Positions 1 through 8,744 of a DNA stretch of 64,000 nt are shown here, one piece after another. A program made the position numbers and the translations under genes. Numbering within the stretch: position 1 is the first letter of the stretch; each line of letters starts with the position of its first letter. Under the pieces are notes generated by a model that was not told the origin of the DNA, did not search any database, and saw only the letters and a list, made by a program, of their open reading frames with translations. Source of the DNA: a virus; the IMG/VR virus record IMGVR_UViG_3300008117_000010, positions 32,001 through 96,000 of that record, one strand, 5' to 3'.

Positions 1-1
1 C

Positions 2-1039
2 ACGGGTTGTTGTGCTGACCCAGCAGCAGCACCTACTGCAGTAAATCCATTAATCGTTTATGTTCAATGGGCATATAACTTATTAAGGAACCAAACCATT
101 AATCCATTTATCAGTGTTACTCCTACGTATACAACTGACAATGGTGTTAACTGGACTGCAATTGGTGATGGAACTAGCTCTGCAGCTAACTTACAAACTC
201 TTTTAGATTTTATCACTGGAGTTACTCCTTATCCTGCGGTAAGTGACTGTGTTACAGATCCTACGCATGGTGCAGGTCTTATTATAGATGGTGCTTATGT
301 AGACACCCGCTTCGCAGATTGTACTTTCTATCCTACCGATGGAACTAAAGCTTTCTTAGAGCCTGTTGTTGTTCTTGCATCTGAAGTTGATTTTAACGGA
401 GATCCTTGTGCATTTACTGGTATCTGCGTTGTTGATCAGTGTGATCCTATTCAATTAAAAGGAAGTGGTGAAAAAGTAATTCGTGAAGTAATGCTTACCG
501 AAGCTTATCGTCAACAACCTACTCATACTGGTAAAGATCTTCGCATTCGCGAAATTACTGGTGGTACTGATATTTTCACTGCTATTCCACGTAATGCATT
601 CTATACCCGTTATTTTATCGAGCACGTAGTTCCACGTTTCAACAATCCTTCTGGAGTATTTGATAACGATCGTTACTTACTCGAAATTGTTGCTAACCCA
701 AGCGTTACAACTTTTGCAACCGGCGTATCTATTGATACTACTCCTCCTGTAGCAGATGAAACTGGTATTGGTATCGGTGATGTTGTTTACTTGAATGGTG
801 TTGATACGACCTTAACTGTTGCTAGTGTTGGACCTCTTACATTAAGTGGTAACATAGTTGTTGCAGCAGGTGATGTATTAACCTTCCTTGAAGCCAACCT
901 TCATGAATTTGAAGTTGACGTAAATGGATGGTTAGCATGTGCTAATGGTGGTCAAGAGTGTGTACAGTTAGAAATTATTAACTGTAATGGAATTTGTACT
1001 CCTGCTGATCCTGAAGTGATAGTAGAAGGTATAGGTTAA
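2..1039 (+). CDS. Partial (5'-truncated) virion structural protein, probably a capsid auxiliary/stabilisation protein
   Basis: The frame is open from nt 2 (TGCCADPAAAP...GAYVDTRFADCTF...ASEVDFNGDPCAFTGICV...), so the track ORF at 491 is only the C-terminal part. It is followed by a strong terminator and lies upstream of the tail genes, as in crAss-like phages. Confidence 0.6.
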   Translation, partial: TGCCADPAAAPTAVNPLIVYVQWAYNLLRNQTINPFISVTPTYTTDNGVNWTAIGDGTSSAANLQTLLDFITGVTPYPAVSDCVTDPTHGAGLIIDGAYVDTRFADCTFYPTDGTKAFLEPVVVLASEVDFNGDPCAFTGICVVDQCDPIQLKGSGEKVIREVMLTEAYRQQPTHTGKDLRIREITGGTDIFTAIPRNAFYTRYFIEHVVPRFNNPSGVFDNDRYLLEIVANPSVTTFATGVSIDTTPPVADETGIGIGDVVYLNGVDTTLTVASVGPLTLSGNIVVAAGDVLTFLEANLHEFEVDVNGWLACANGGQECVQLEIINCNGICTPADPEVIVEGIG

Positions 1040-1061
1040 TTTTCATTTACTAACTAATAAA

Positions 1062-1098
1062 AAAAGGGAGAGTGAGATCTGTATCTCCTCTCCCTTTT
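1062..1098 (+). terminator. Rho-independent terminator (possibly bidirectional)
   Basis: AAAAGGGAGAG-T-GAGAT-ctgt-ATCTC-CTCTCCCTTTT hairpin with an A-tract before and a T-tract after. Confidence 0.85.
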
Positions 1099-1111
1099 AA
1101 TCTTTAAAATT

Positions 1112-1672
1112 ATGGCTCAACATAAATTATCATTAGAAGTACCAGATACATTAAATAAATGTATATTCAGAATAATTGATACAAGTATCTATTCTGATCT
1201 TGTACCTTTGGAATGTGGTCTATTACAAATTACTCCTCCAGGATTTACTGAGTCATATTCTCTTGAGTTAGATCCTGGGTTTATTGAAAATATTACACTT
1301 TGTCAATTAGGTGTACAAACTACTAATTGTAGTAATTATAATAATGACTTTTCTGATGGTGTATATGTTATAAAATATAGCGTTGCACCAAATGAAACTG
1401 TATATGTTGAATATAATCATTTACGAATTACTTCAACATTAAATTTATTAAATGACTTATTATGCTGTATTGATGTGCCAAATTGTGCGCCTCAAGGTAA
1501 AATAAAAGAAGTTTTAAAAGAAATACATATATTAGATGCAATGTTAAAGGCTGCAAAAGCCCAAGTAGAATATTGTCAAAAACCAAATAATGGCACTAAC
1601 ATTCTTAACTACGTACATAATAGATTAAAGAAATTATACGGAGAAGCAGGATGTGGATGCTTAACATGTTAA
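1112..1672 (+). CDS. Cys-rich hypothetical virion protein
   Basis: 186-aa ORF with a beta-rich N-part (DGVYVIKYSV), a helical C-part and a CGCLTC end. Located in the structural module. Confidence 0.6.
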   Translation: MAQHKLSLEVPDTLNKCIFRIIDTSIYSDLVPLECGLLQITPPGFTESYSLELDPGFIENITLCQLGVQTTNCSNYNNDFSDGVYVIKYSVAPNETVYVEYNHLRITSTLNLLNDLLCCIDVPNCAPQGKIKEVLKEIHILDAMLKAAKAQVEYCQKPNNGTNILNYVHNRLKKLYGEAGCGCLTC

Positions 1673-1692
1673 ACTTTTAAAAACCAACAACA

Positions 1693-1827
1693 ATGGCTTC
1701 AAAATGCGGAAACTGTGGAAATCGTTTAGGATGCGGATGTCAAAAAAGAACAACTGCTGATGGTAGAACGGGATGTGTTAAATGCATTAATAAATTACAG
1801 CAAGAAAAACCCAAAGAAAAGGAATGA
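1693..1827 (+). CDS. Small Cys-rich (Zn-ribbon-like) protein, 44 aa, missing from the ORF track
   Basis: MASKCGNCGNRLGCGCQKRTTADGRTGCVKCINKLQQEKPKEKE*. It has an A-rich leader, fills the intergenic gap, and its TGA overlaps the next ATG (ATGA at 1824-1827). Confidence 0.8.
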   Translation: MASKCGNCGNRLGCGCQKRTTADGRTGCVKCINKLQQEKPKEKE

Positions 1828-3887
1828 GTTTAATACAAACATATGCTCAGTTTGCTAGTGTAGCAGGAGATACAAGTTCAATATACAGTAGTCCTGATAA
1901 TGGTGTTACTTGGAATCCTATAAATAGTTTTAATCCACACATTTTTGTGGATGGATCATTTATTCGTGGATCTCTTCACACTCATAAGTATAATCATAAT
2001 AAAGTATTTTTTGCTGGTTGTAGTTCTCTTGGAACTACACGAATTGTTAGATCCTTTAACCAAGGAATATCTGCTTTTATTGCAGGTGGAAACTGGAGTA
2101 TCGTAGCTACAAATGATTTTACAAATGGGTCATTTTTAAATGGAAGATTTTCATCTGCTAGTATAGATGATATATACTTAATAGGAGATCAATATTTATA
2201 TAAATCATCTAATAAGGGATTTACATTTAATTATGTTGGTCTTTTAAATAATATTTTAAATACTACTATAACTCTAGGTACATATAGAGATGTCTTCTTT
2301 GCAAACCAAAATGTAGGTATAATTTCAGTATACGATGAAGTTTATACAACAATTGACGGTGGAACAACATGGAATATTTTACCAGTAATACCTTCAGTTA
2401 TTATTCGTAGTGCAATTATTGATTCAACTGGTCTTAATATTAATTTATTAGAAGAATCAGGATTAAACTTTACTGTATATAATAGTATAGATGGTGGTGT
2501 TACTTGGACATCTTTTACAGCTGTAGGAAGTGCAAGAAGATTTTTACCGTGTCTTGATGATCCAAATACACTCTATATAGAAAAAAGAACACCACAAACT
2601 TCAATATATAAATCTGTTAACTTTGGAATAAATTGGGTACAAATAGTTGGAAGTGCCTCAACTACAGTTAATTTTTTTAATAATGATTGTGCTTCAACAG
2701 GTACTGGTCTTGCAGATTTTTCTACGTATAGAACAATAAATGGTGGTGTAACATATACTCAACAACTTGCAGGACTTTCGAGATTATATGCTGCTACAGC
2801 TACGTCATATGAATGTGGTTGTCCACCTGATAGTATTACAATAGATAATGAATGTATTTGGGGAGAACCATCGTGTTATACAACAACTCCTCCATATTTA
2901 GAGGGAACTGAATGTTATTCAGAAGCTCCTATACCTTGTTGTTATTCATTAATTCCATGTATTCTTAATGGAGGACCAATACAAACTAATGAAGTATTAA
3001 CACCAGGAATTGGTCAATACGTTGGTCAAGTTGTTAAAATAGAAAGTTCAAATAGTTGTTATCAGGTAACAGTTACTGATTCTATTTGTGATGAAGGTAT
3101 TGCAGTAGTTGTTGAATCTGTATATGAAGATTGTTATGGTTGTAATCCCGTTTATATGTTAACTGCATGTAACGATGTTGAACCACCAATTATTTCACCA
3201 TTATATACAACACAAGTTGAATTTGCTGATTACTTAGGTCAAGTCGTTTGGATTGATAGTAGTAGTACTCCAGCATTTAGAACATGTTATTTTGTAGGTA
3301 TTGGACCTTATGATGCAACAGTTGGTACATTACCATCAGTAACTCAAAGTTTTGATTCATGTGAACTTTGTGGATACTATAGACTTATTAACTGTCTTGA
3401 TCAAAATGATATATTATATAGTCTAGATACTACGCTAAATACATATTTAGATAAGGTAGGTAAATATAATGACGCTTGTTATCAAGTAGAGTTTGTAAAT
3501 GGATATATTGATGAGGAATTTATTAATAATCCGTTTACTGAAAATCCATATGAAGATTGCGCATGTTGTACATATACGCCTCCTGAACCAGAATTTAAAA
3601 AATATACCCGTGTAATTCCAGAACCAGTACGTGAGTTTTATAGAATCGCACAAAGTAAATGTCATATTGAAACATATGTAAAATACGGAGTAGCATGGTA
3701 TTCAGAATACATGAAAATTGCTCAAGGTATAAATACTTGTGTTGATGTTGACGTTGATAAAATCTGGTTAAAAATGAAATTACAAGAGCTTAGTTTATTA
3801 AATGATGAGACAGCTTGTACAACAACATCAATAATTCCACCAGAAGAATGTGATGAACCAACTGGATGGCAACCGACATTTCAATAA
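1824..3887 (+). CDS. Asp-box (BNR) beta-propeller plus Cys-rich repeat protein; putative receptor-binding/fibre protein
   Basis: Seven Asp-box-like motifs (SPDNGVTW, SFNQGISA, SSNKGFTF, TIDGGTTW, SIDGGVTW, SVNFGINW, TINGGVTY), followed by three ~70-aa Cys repeats. Confidence 0.65.
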   Translation: MSLIQTYAQFASVAGDTSSIYSSPDNGVTWNPINSFNPHIFVDGSFIRGSLHTHKYNHNKVFFAGCSSLGTTRIVRSFNQGISAFIAGGNWSIVATNDFTNGSFLNGRFSSASIDDIYLIGDQYLYKSSNKGFTFNYVGLLNNILNTTITLGTYRDVFFANQNVGIISVYDEVYTTIDGGTTWNILPVIPSVIIRSAIIDSTGLNINLLEESGLNFTVYNSIDGGVTWTSFTAVGSARRFLPCLDDPNTLYIEKRTPQTSIYKSVNFGINWVQIVGSASTTVNFFNNDCASTGTGLADFSTYRTINGGVTYTQQLAGLSRLYAATATSYECGCPPDSITIDNECIWGEPSCYTTTPPYLEGTECYSEAPIPCCYSLIPCILNGGPIQTNEVLTPGIGQYVGQVVKIESSNSCYQVTVTDSICDEGIAVVVESVYEDCYGCNPVYMLTACNDVEPPIISPLYTTQVEFADYLGQVVWIDSSSTPAFRTCYFVGIGPYDATVGTLPSVTQSFDSCELCGYYRLINCLDQNDILYSLDTTLNTYLDKVGKYNDACYQVEFVNGYIDEEFINNPFTENPYEDCACCTYTPPEPEFKKYTRVIPEPVREFYRIAQSKCHIETYVKYGVAWYSEYMKIAQGINTCVDVDVDKIWLKMKLQELSLLNDETACTTTSIIPPEECDEPTGWQPTFQ
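2943..3569 (+). repeat. Three tandem ~70-aa Cys-rich protein repeats
   Basis: The pattern Y-x-L-x-x-C...Y-(V/L)-(G/D)-(Q/K)-V...C-Y-x-V...(Y/F)-(E/D)-(D/S)-C-x-x-C occurs at ~2943-3143, 3153-3371 and 3378-3569. Confidence 0.75.
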
Positions 3888-3912
3888 AATTTATTAAATT
3901 ATAATAGAAGAT

Positions 3913-5376
3913 ATGTTACCAATTAAAAATACAAATGATCAATCAGGATGTAATCCTGTATCATCCAACTGCGTAATATGGCAAGGACCAGATATTCCTT
4001 GTATTCAATTATGTCATGGAGATTCTATAAGTGATGTTACGGCAAAACTAGCGACAGAGTTATGTGAAGTATTAAATCTTCTTGATTTAACACAATATGA
4101 TATTTCATGTTTTAGTCCTGTTTGTCCAGCATTTACAGATTTTAGCGATCTAGTTCAATTCATAATAAATAAATTATGTGAATTAGAAGCATGCTGTAAT
4201 CAACAACCAGCAACTCCTCCAGGATGTCCTGATTGCATTTTAAATATTGCAACATGTTTTCAATATATAAATGAATTGGGTGATAAAATCACCACAATGC
4301 AACTTGATGATTATGTTACTGCTATTGGTAATAAAGTATGTACATTAGAAGCAGCTTTAACTGCATTACAAGCAACTGTTGCAAATCATGAAGCGCGTAT
4401 TACATATATTGAAAATAACTGTTGTGATAATGGAGGTGGAGGAGTATCTCTTACTATTCCAGACAGTTGTTTAGATCCTACGCTTTCAAATATTCCAATA
4501 GATGATTTTGTTGAAGATTTAGAATTTGCATTTTGTCAATTACAGAATGCAACAGGAACTCCTTCTGTAATACAGTCAAATATAACTCCCGATTGTTTTC
4601 CACCTTCACAAGGACAATTACCACCTGCACTAGATCCAGCAAATGCTGGTAATCCAGTAGATGGATTTGCTTTTGCAAATTTTGCTACTATGGCAGGATC
4701 ACTTGGAAATGCTTGGGCAATGATATGTGATTTATATTTAGCAGTTCAAGATATTAAAAATAATTGCTGTAGTGTTGGTTGTAATGATATTGATTTTACA
4801 TATCAATCAGTTACATTCAATGATCCAAACATATTAGTATCAACAATTGGTAATATACCAAGTGGATTTAACCAATGTGGTACTGGTTCACAAGTTACAA
4901 TAATTGATGCATACGGAACAACTGCAAATGCAACTTGGACATATGATATAACTGGAAATCCAGTATCTATACCATTACCATTAACTCTTTCAAATAGTAT
5001 TAAATATAACTTATCATTTAATGCTTGTATAACAAATGGTACTGAGACATGCTATCAGAATCATTTTCAAGTAGTTAATGGAAATATAACTTGTGCATCA
5101 TTAGCTCTTGCTATAGGTGATAACACAGATGGAACAGCTACAATTTCATTTACTATGCCTATTGCAGCAAATAATATTAATTATAATTTAACGGCAACAG
5201 CAGGTAATGGTGTTGTATTTACAACCAGTGGTTCTACACAAGGTGTTCCTATTATTTGGAATACAGGTGCTTTCTTAGGTGCTCCTGGAAATACATCCGT
5301 AACTGTAGTTTTACAGTTGGATCAAAATGGTTATGCTTTATCATGTAGTACTAATGGATTAATAACAAGAATATAA
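3913..5376 (+). CDS. Cys-rich fibre-like virion protein with coiled coil
   Basis: N-terminal CNPVSSNCVIWQGPDIPC motif, a heptad segment (LEAALTALQATVANHEARITYIE) and beta-rich Ig-like C-terminal regions. Confidence 0.6.
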   Translation: MLPIKNTNDQSGCNPVSSNCVIWQGPDIPCIQLCHGDSISDVTAKLATELCEVLNLLDLTQYDISCFSPVCPAFTDFSDLVQFIINKLCELEACCNQQPATPPGCPDCILNIATCFQYINELGDKITTMQLDDYVTAIGNKVCTLEAALTALQATVANHEARITYIENNCCDNGGGGVSLTIPDSCLDPTLSNIPIDDFVEDLEFAFCQLQNATGTPSVIQSNITPDCFPPSQGQLPPALDPANAGNPVDGFAFANFATMAGSLGNAWAMICDLYLAVQDIKNNCCSVGCNDIDFTYQSVTFNDPNILVSTIGNIPSGFNQCGTGSQVTIIDAYGTTANATWTYDITGNPVSIPLPLTLSNSIKYNLSFNACITNGTETCYQNHFQVVNGNITCASLALAIGDNTDGTATISFTMPIAANNINYNLTATAGNGVVFTTSGSTQGVPIIWNTGAFLGAPGNTSVTVVLQLDQNGYALSCSTNGLITRI

Positions 5377-5385
5377 ATATAAATA

Positions 5386-6171
5386 ATGGCAACTTGCTCT
5401 AACTGCGGAAATACAACAATAAAATGTGGATGTAAAGATACACCGCTAACAACTCCACCATCATATACTTGTCCACCAAGTGATTCATGTCCTGATCCAA
5501 CACCGTGTTTTGAAACTATTCAAGATACTTGTGTTGTTCATAGCTTAAATTATGGATTACCATGTTTAGGTGTAGAACCAGGAATGACACTTGAAGAAAT
5601 AATTCAATTACTTAACATTGAATTAAATTCAATAAACAATACTATTCCAACTATTACTACATATGGTTTATTTGCTCAAACAGCAAATAGCACACCAGTT
5701 ACAAATACTGCTGTAGAAACTACATTAATAAATGGCGGTGTAGGAACATTAACTATTCCAGCTAATGGATTTGATGTAGGACATAGTTTTAGAGCAGTAA
5801 TGGGAGGTGTTATGAACGCAGCAAATAATCAAACTATAAGAATAAAAGTTAAAGCTGGTTCTATTATACTATTGGATAGCGGTATTCAATCTTTAACAAA
5901 CTCAATAATAAGTGATATTTGGAGTTTAAATATAGACTTTACCATAAGACAATTAGGAGCAGCGGGTGTTGCTTCACTAGTAACATTAGCAACTTTTCAT
6001 TATACAAAAACAAATAATGCTACAGTTGAAGGATTTGCTTTTAATAATGTTAATAATACCACATTTGATACAACAATTAGCAATACATTAAATATTACTG
6101 TTCAATGGGGAGCCGCTAATCCAAGTAATAGTATATATAGTGATATATTCGTTTTAAATAAAGTTTATTAA
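5386..6171 (+). CDS. Cys-rich fibre-like protein with beta-sandwich C-terminal module
   Basis: The N-terminal Cys motif (CFETIQDTCVV...LPCLGVEPGMTLEEIIQLL) is paralogous to ORF 3913. The C-terminal module is Cys-free and beta-rich. Confidence 0.55.
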   Translation: MATCSNCGNTTIKCGCKDTPLTTPPSYTCPPSDSCPDPTPCFETIQDTCVVHSLNYGLPCLGVEPGMTLEEIIQLLNIELNSINNTIPTITTYGLFAQTANSTPVTNTAVETTLINGGVGTLTIPANGFDVGHSFRAVMGGVMNAANNQTIRIKVKAGSIILLDSGIQSLTNSIISDIWSLNIDFTIRQLGAAGVASLVTLATFHYTKTNNATVEGFAFNNVNNTTFDTTISNTLNITVQWGAANPSNSIYSDIFVLNKVY

Positions 6172-6182
6172 AATAAAATACA

Positions 6183-6521
6183 ATGTCAGGATTATCAATA
6201 GATATATGTAGTGAAATTCCATTATATAATGAGAATTGTCTACCACCGTATGATGTTCACCCTTCTTATATAGGGACATCATCAATTATAATAACATGGA
6301 GCAATACAGGTGCTGATTCATATACTTTATATATAAGTAATGATGGCTCTACATGGACAACAACAGCTGTAACTGCTCCTTCTAGTACATTAATAAATCC
6401 AAGTCAAACAATTAGTGGATTAAGTCCAAATACTACTTACTATTTTAAAGTTAGAACTAATTGTGAAGGACCAATTAATTCAGAAAGTGCAATTATATCT
6501 ATATTAACAAAAACTAGTTAG
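6183..6521 (+). CDS. Fibronectin type III domain protein
   Basis: FN3 signature: SIIITW...YTLY...TISGLSPNTTYYFKVRTNC. Confidence 0.8.
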   Translation: MSGLSIDICSEIPLYNENCLPPYDVHPSYIGTSSIIITWSNTGADSYTLYISNDGSTWTTTAVTAPSSTLINPSQTISGLSPNTTYYFKVRTNCEGPINSESAIISILTKTS

Positions 6522-6560
6522 TCGAGATGTTTGTTGGTTTTTTACCTTGACTACAACAAG

Positions 6561-6591
6561 AGAAAGCTCTGGATAAACCAGAGCTTTCTTT
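6561..6591 (+). terminator. Rho-independent terminator
   Basis: Perfect 12-bp stem AGAAAGCTCTGG-ataaa-CCAGAGCTTTCT followed by TT. Confidence 0.85.
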
Positions 6592-6636
6592 GTAATTAGA
6601 AACATTTGTATTAGTTTTATTACAATAAAAAATTCC

Positions 6637-6650
6637 GTATCTTATAATAT
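6637..6650 (+). promoter_or_regulatory. Putative late promoter element (TAnnTTRTAATA-like)
   Basis: GTATCTTATAATAT lies just after a terminator and before an operon start. Similar words occur at 3894, 18029 and 55264. Confidence 0.4.
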
Positions 6651-6660
6651 AAATACAATT

Positions 6661-7170
6661 ATGATCAAGTTCAAAAAACCAGATTTAAATGCACCTAGAT
6701 TTAAAAAGAAAAGAGAAAGTATTTTAAAAGATGATTTTTACAAAGAATTAAAATTAAAATATTCTAAATGTAAAGATCTAACAAAAGAAGATATAAGAAC
6801 AATAATAGAAGCATTTAATAATGAAATAGTTAATACTATTATTGAAGATCCAAATGGTTTTGAATTACCTGAAGGACTAGGATATATATTTATTGCAACA
6901 ACAAAAGTTAAAAAAAAGAAAGTTGTTGACTATAAAAACTCACATGCTTATGGTGTATTAGTTACTCATAAAAATTGGGAGACAGATGGATATGTAGGTA
7001 AAATAGTTTATACAAACTATAAAGCTAAATATAGATTTAGAAATGCACCTATATGGGGATTTACAGCTTCTAGAACATTTAGTAGAAAAATGTCTAAAGC
7101 CTTTAAAGAAAAATGGAATACATATAGAACCTTAATACCAGGAATAAAACCCTCGGTATACAAAAATTAA
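6661..7170 (+). CDS. IHF/HU-like DNA-binding protein
   Basis: Basic protein with an HU-like pattern (IRTIIEAFNNEIVNTI...GFELPEGLGYIFI...WGFTASRTFSRKM). It precedes the tail ring genes, as in crAss-like phages. Confidence 0.7.
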   Translation: MIKFKKPDLNAPRFKKKRESILKDDFYKELKLKYSKCKDLTKEDIRTIIEAFNNEIVNTIIEDPNGFELPEGLGYIFIATTKVKKKKVVDYKNSHAYGVLVTHKNWETDGYVGKIVYTNYKAKYRFRNAPIWGFTASRTFSRKMSKAFKEKWNTYRTLIPGIKPSVYKN

Positions 7171-7174
7171 AGTT

Positions 7175-7843
7175 ATGAATAGTATTGGTGAAATTATTTC
7201 AAGAGTAAGAGGTAGTATAAGAGCCATTGATATGGACTCTTTTATTACGGATAGATACATATATAGTCTAATAACTAAATATGCAAAACTCTATATAAAA
7301 CAAAATAGTGGACAAGGATTTAATACCAAGTTTAATAGTTTGTTTACTCGTATTCCTTGTATGAATCTAATTGAAGTAGATAAGATAGAAGCATGTTGTG
7401 ATGTTCAATCTGGTTGTAAATTAAAAAGAACTAAAGAAAAATTACCAGGAGTAATGGAAGGACCTGAGGGTCCACTATTACGTGCTGTAACATCATTAGA
7501 TGGGAGTTCTATTATATATAGAACAACTCCTCAGCTTTATAATTCAATGTCTCAAACAAGTGGATTTAAGTATAATAAAAACAAATACTATTGGATTATC
7601 AATAACTATATCTATTTAGGTAATGTGCCCTGGGATGGAATCTCTATTGAAGGAATATTTGATGGTAATCTAAATAACTTTTTATGTGATAATGAATGTG
7701 CATTTGCACAAGATCAAACATTTAATATTCCGCCAGAATTATTTTCTCAAGTTGAGCAACAAGTTGTACGTGAAATAGCTTTATCTCAACAGATAAATAT
7801 TGATATGGCACCTGCTGACAATCAAAGCCCTGTAAGACCATGA
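7175..7843 (+). CDS. Putative tail ring/adaptor protein
   Basis: 222 aa with a helical N-terminus and ...YYWIINNYIYL...IEGIF...FNIPPEL motifs. Synteny matches the crAss-like tail module. Confidence 0.55.
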   Translation: MNSIGEIISRVRGSIRAIDMDSFITDRYIYSLITKYAKLYIKQNSGQGFNTKFNSLFTRIPCMNLIEVDKIEACCDVQSGCKLKRTKEKLPGVMEGPEGPLLRAVTSLDGSSIIYRTTPQLYNSMSQTSGFKYNKNKYYWIINNYIYLGNVPWDGISIEGIFDGNLNNFLCDNECAFAQDQTFNIPPELFSQVEQQVVREIALSQQINIDMAPADNQSPVRP

Positions 7844-8742
7844 ATTATAATTATACACTTAAGTATAGATCTTTTGATTCTTTATTAGAAGATGTCAAAA
7901 CAGATTTAAGATCAATATCAACTGAAGGTAATATAGAACCTGCACAACTAATTAAAGTTGCAATGCGGGTTAACTATGATTTAGGACTTCGTATTTATAA
8001 GACTAAAGAAAAAATGCTTTGTGTTGAAGATGGCAGAGTACGATTACCAGATGACTTTTATGTAATGAATTATGCATTAGTCTGTGGTGAATATGAATAT
8101 TCTGTACAATTACCACAAGGTACTAATATACAAGAAGTAGTTCCTGAATATAGACCTTGGATTGATCAATTAAATTGCACTGATGAAATTAACATGGGTG
8201 AATTAACATGCTTACAAAAGTGTGGAAATAACTATGGTATAATTCAAGTAATTAATACAGAGCATAGATTTTTTAAAACCTTAATGCCTGTTCGCTTTAA
8301 AAATTCTGAGTATATAGATTGCGATTGTCCTAATCTTAGAACACATGGATTAGATGAGGCATATATAAAAGACGGATTTATTTGGACATCTTTTAAAGAT
8401 GCTAACTTATATATAAACTATCAAGGATCACTTGAAGATGATAATGGTAATCTATTAGTACCAGATCATCCTTTTCTTAATGAGTATTATGAATACGCAC
8501 TTAAAAAACGTATTCTAGAAAATGCAGTCATGGATGGTGCAAATGTAGTTCCCCAATTACAATTAGTAATGCAAGAATATAGAGGTGCTAGAAATAATGC
8601 ATTATCTGTAGTTAATACTCCCAATTTTTCTGAAATGCAAAAACTTTGGGCAGCAAATCGTAAAGCAATGTACAGTAAATATTATGATATGTTTAAGTCG
8701 TATTTCAGACCTATTGATTATAGAATTAATAACGCTGTATAA
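7840..8742 (+). CDS. Tail tubular/ring protein (P22 gp4-like, crAss Ttub)
   Basis: VEDGRVRLPDDF...YIKDGFIWTSF...INYQG..EDDNGNLLVPD motifs. Lies immediately before the tail stabilisation gene. Confidence 0.7.
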   Translation: MNYNYTLKYRSFDSLLEDVKTDLRSISTEGNIEPAQLIKVAMRVNYDLGLRIYKTKEKMLCVEDGRVRLPDDFYVMNYALVCGEYEYSVQLPQGTNIQEVVPEYRPWIDQLNCTDEINMGELTCLQKCGNNYGIIQVINTEHRFFKTLMPVRFKNSEYIDCDCPNLRTHGLDEAYIKDGFIWTSFKDANLYINYQGSLEDDNGNLLVPDHPFLNEYYEYALKKRILENAVMDGANVVPQLQLVMQEYRGARNNALSVVNTPNFSEMQKLWAANRKAMYSKYYDMFKSYFRPIDYRINNAV

Positions 8743-8744
8743 AA

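Noticed and set aside
491-1039. Track ORF start at 491, or calling this the major capsid protein
   Set aside because: The reading frame is open from nt 2, so 491 is an internal Met. No HK97-fold features are recognisable.
1679-6542. Invertible segment bounded by 12-bp inverted repeats around the fibre genes
   Set aside because: No recombinase is present in the window, the repeat is short and low-complexity, and inversion would turn the entire cassette antisense.
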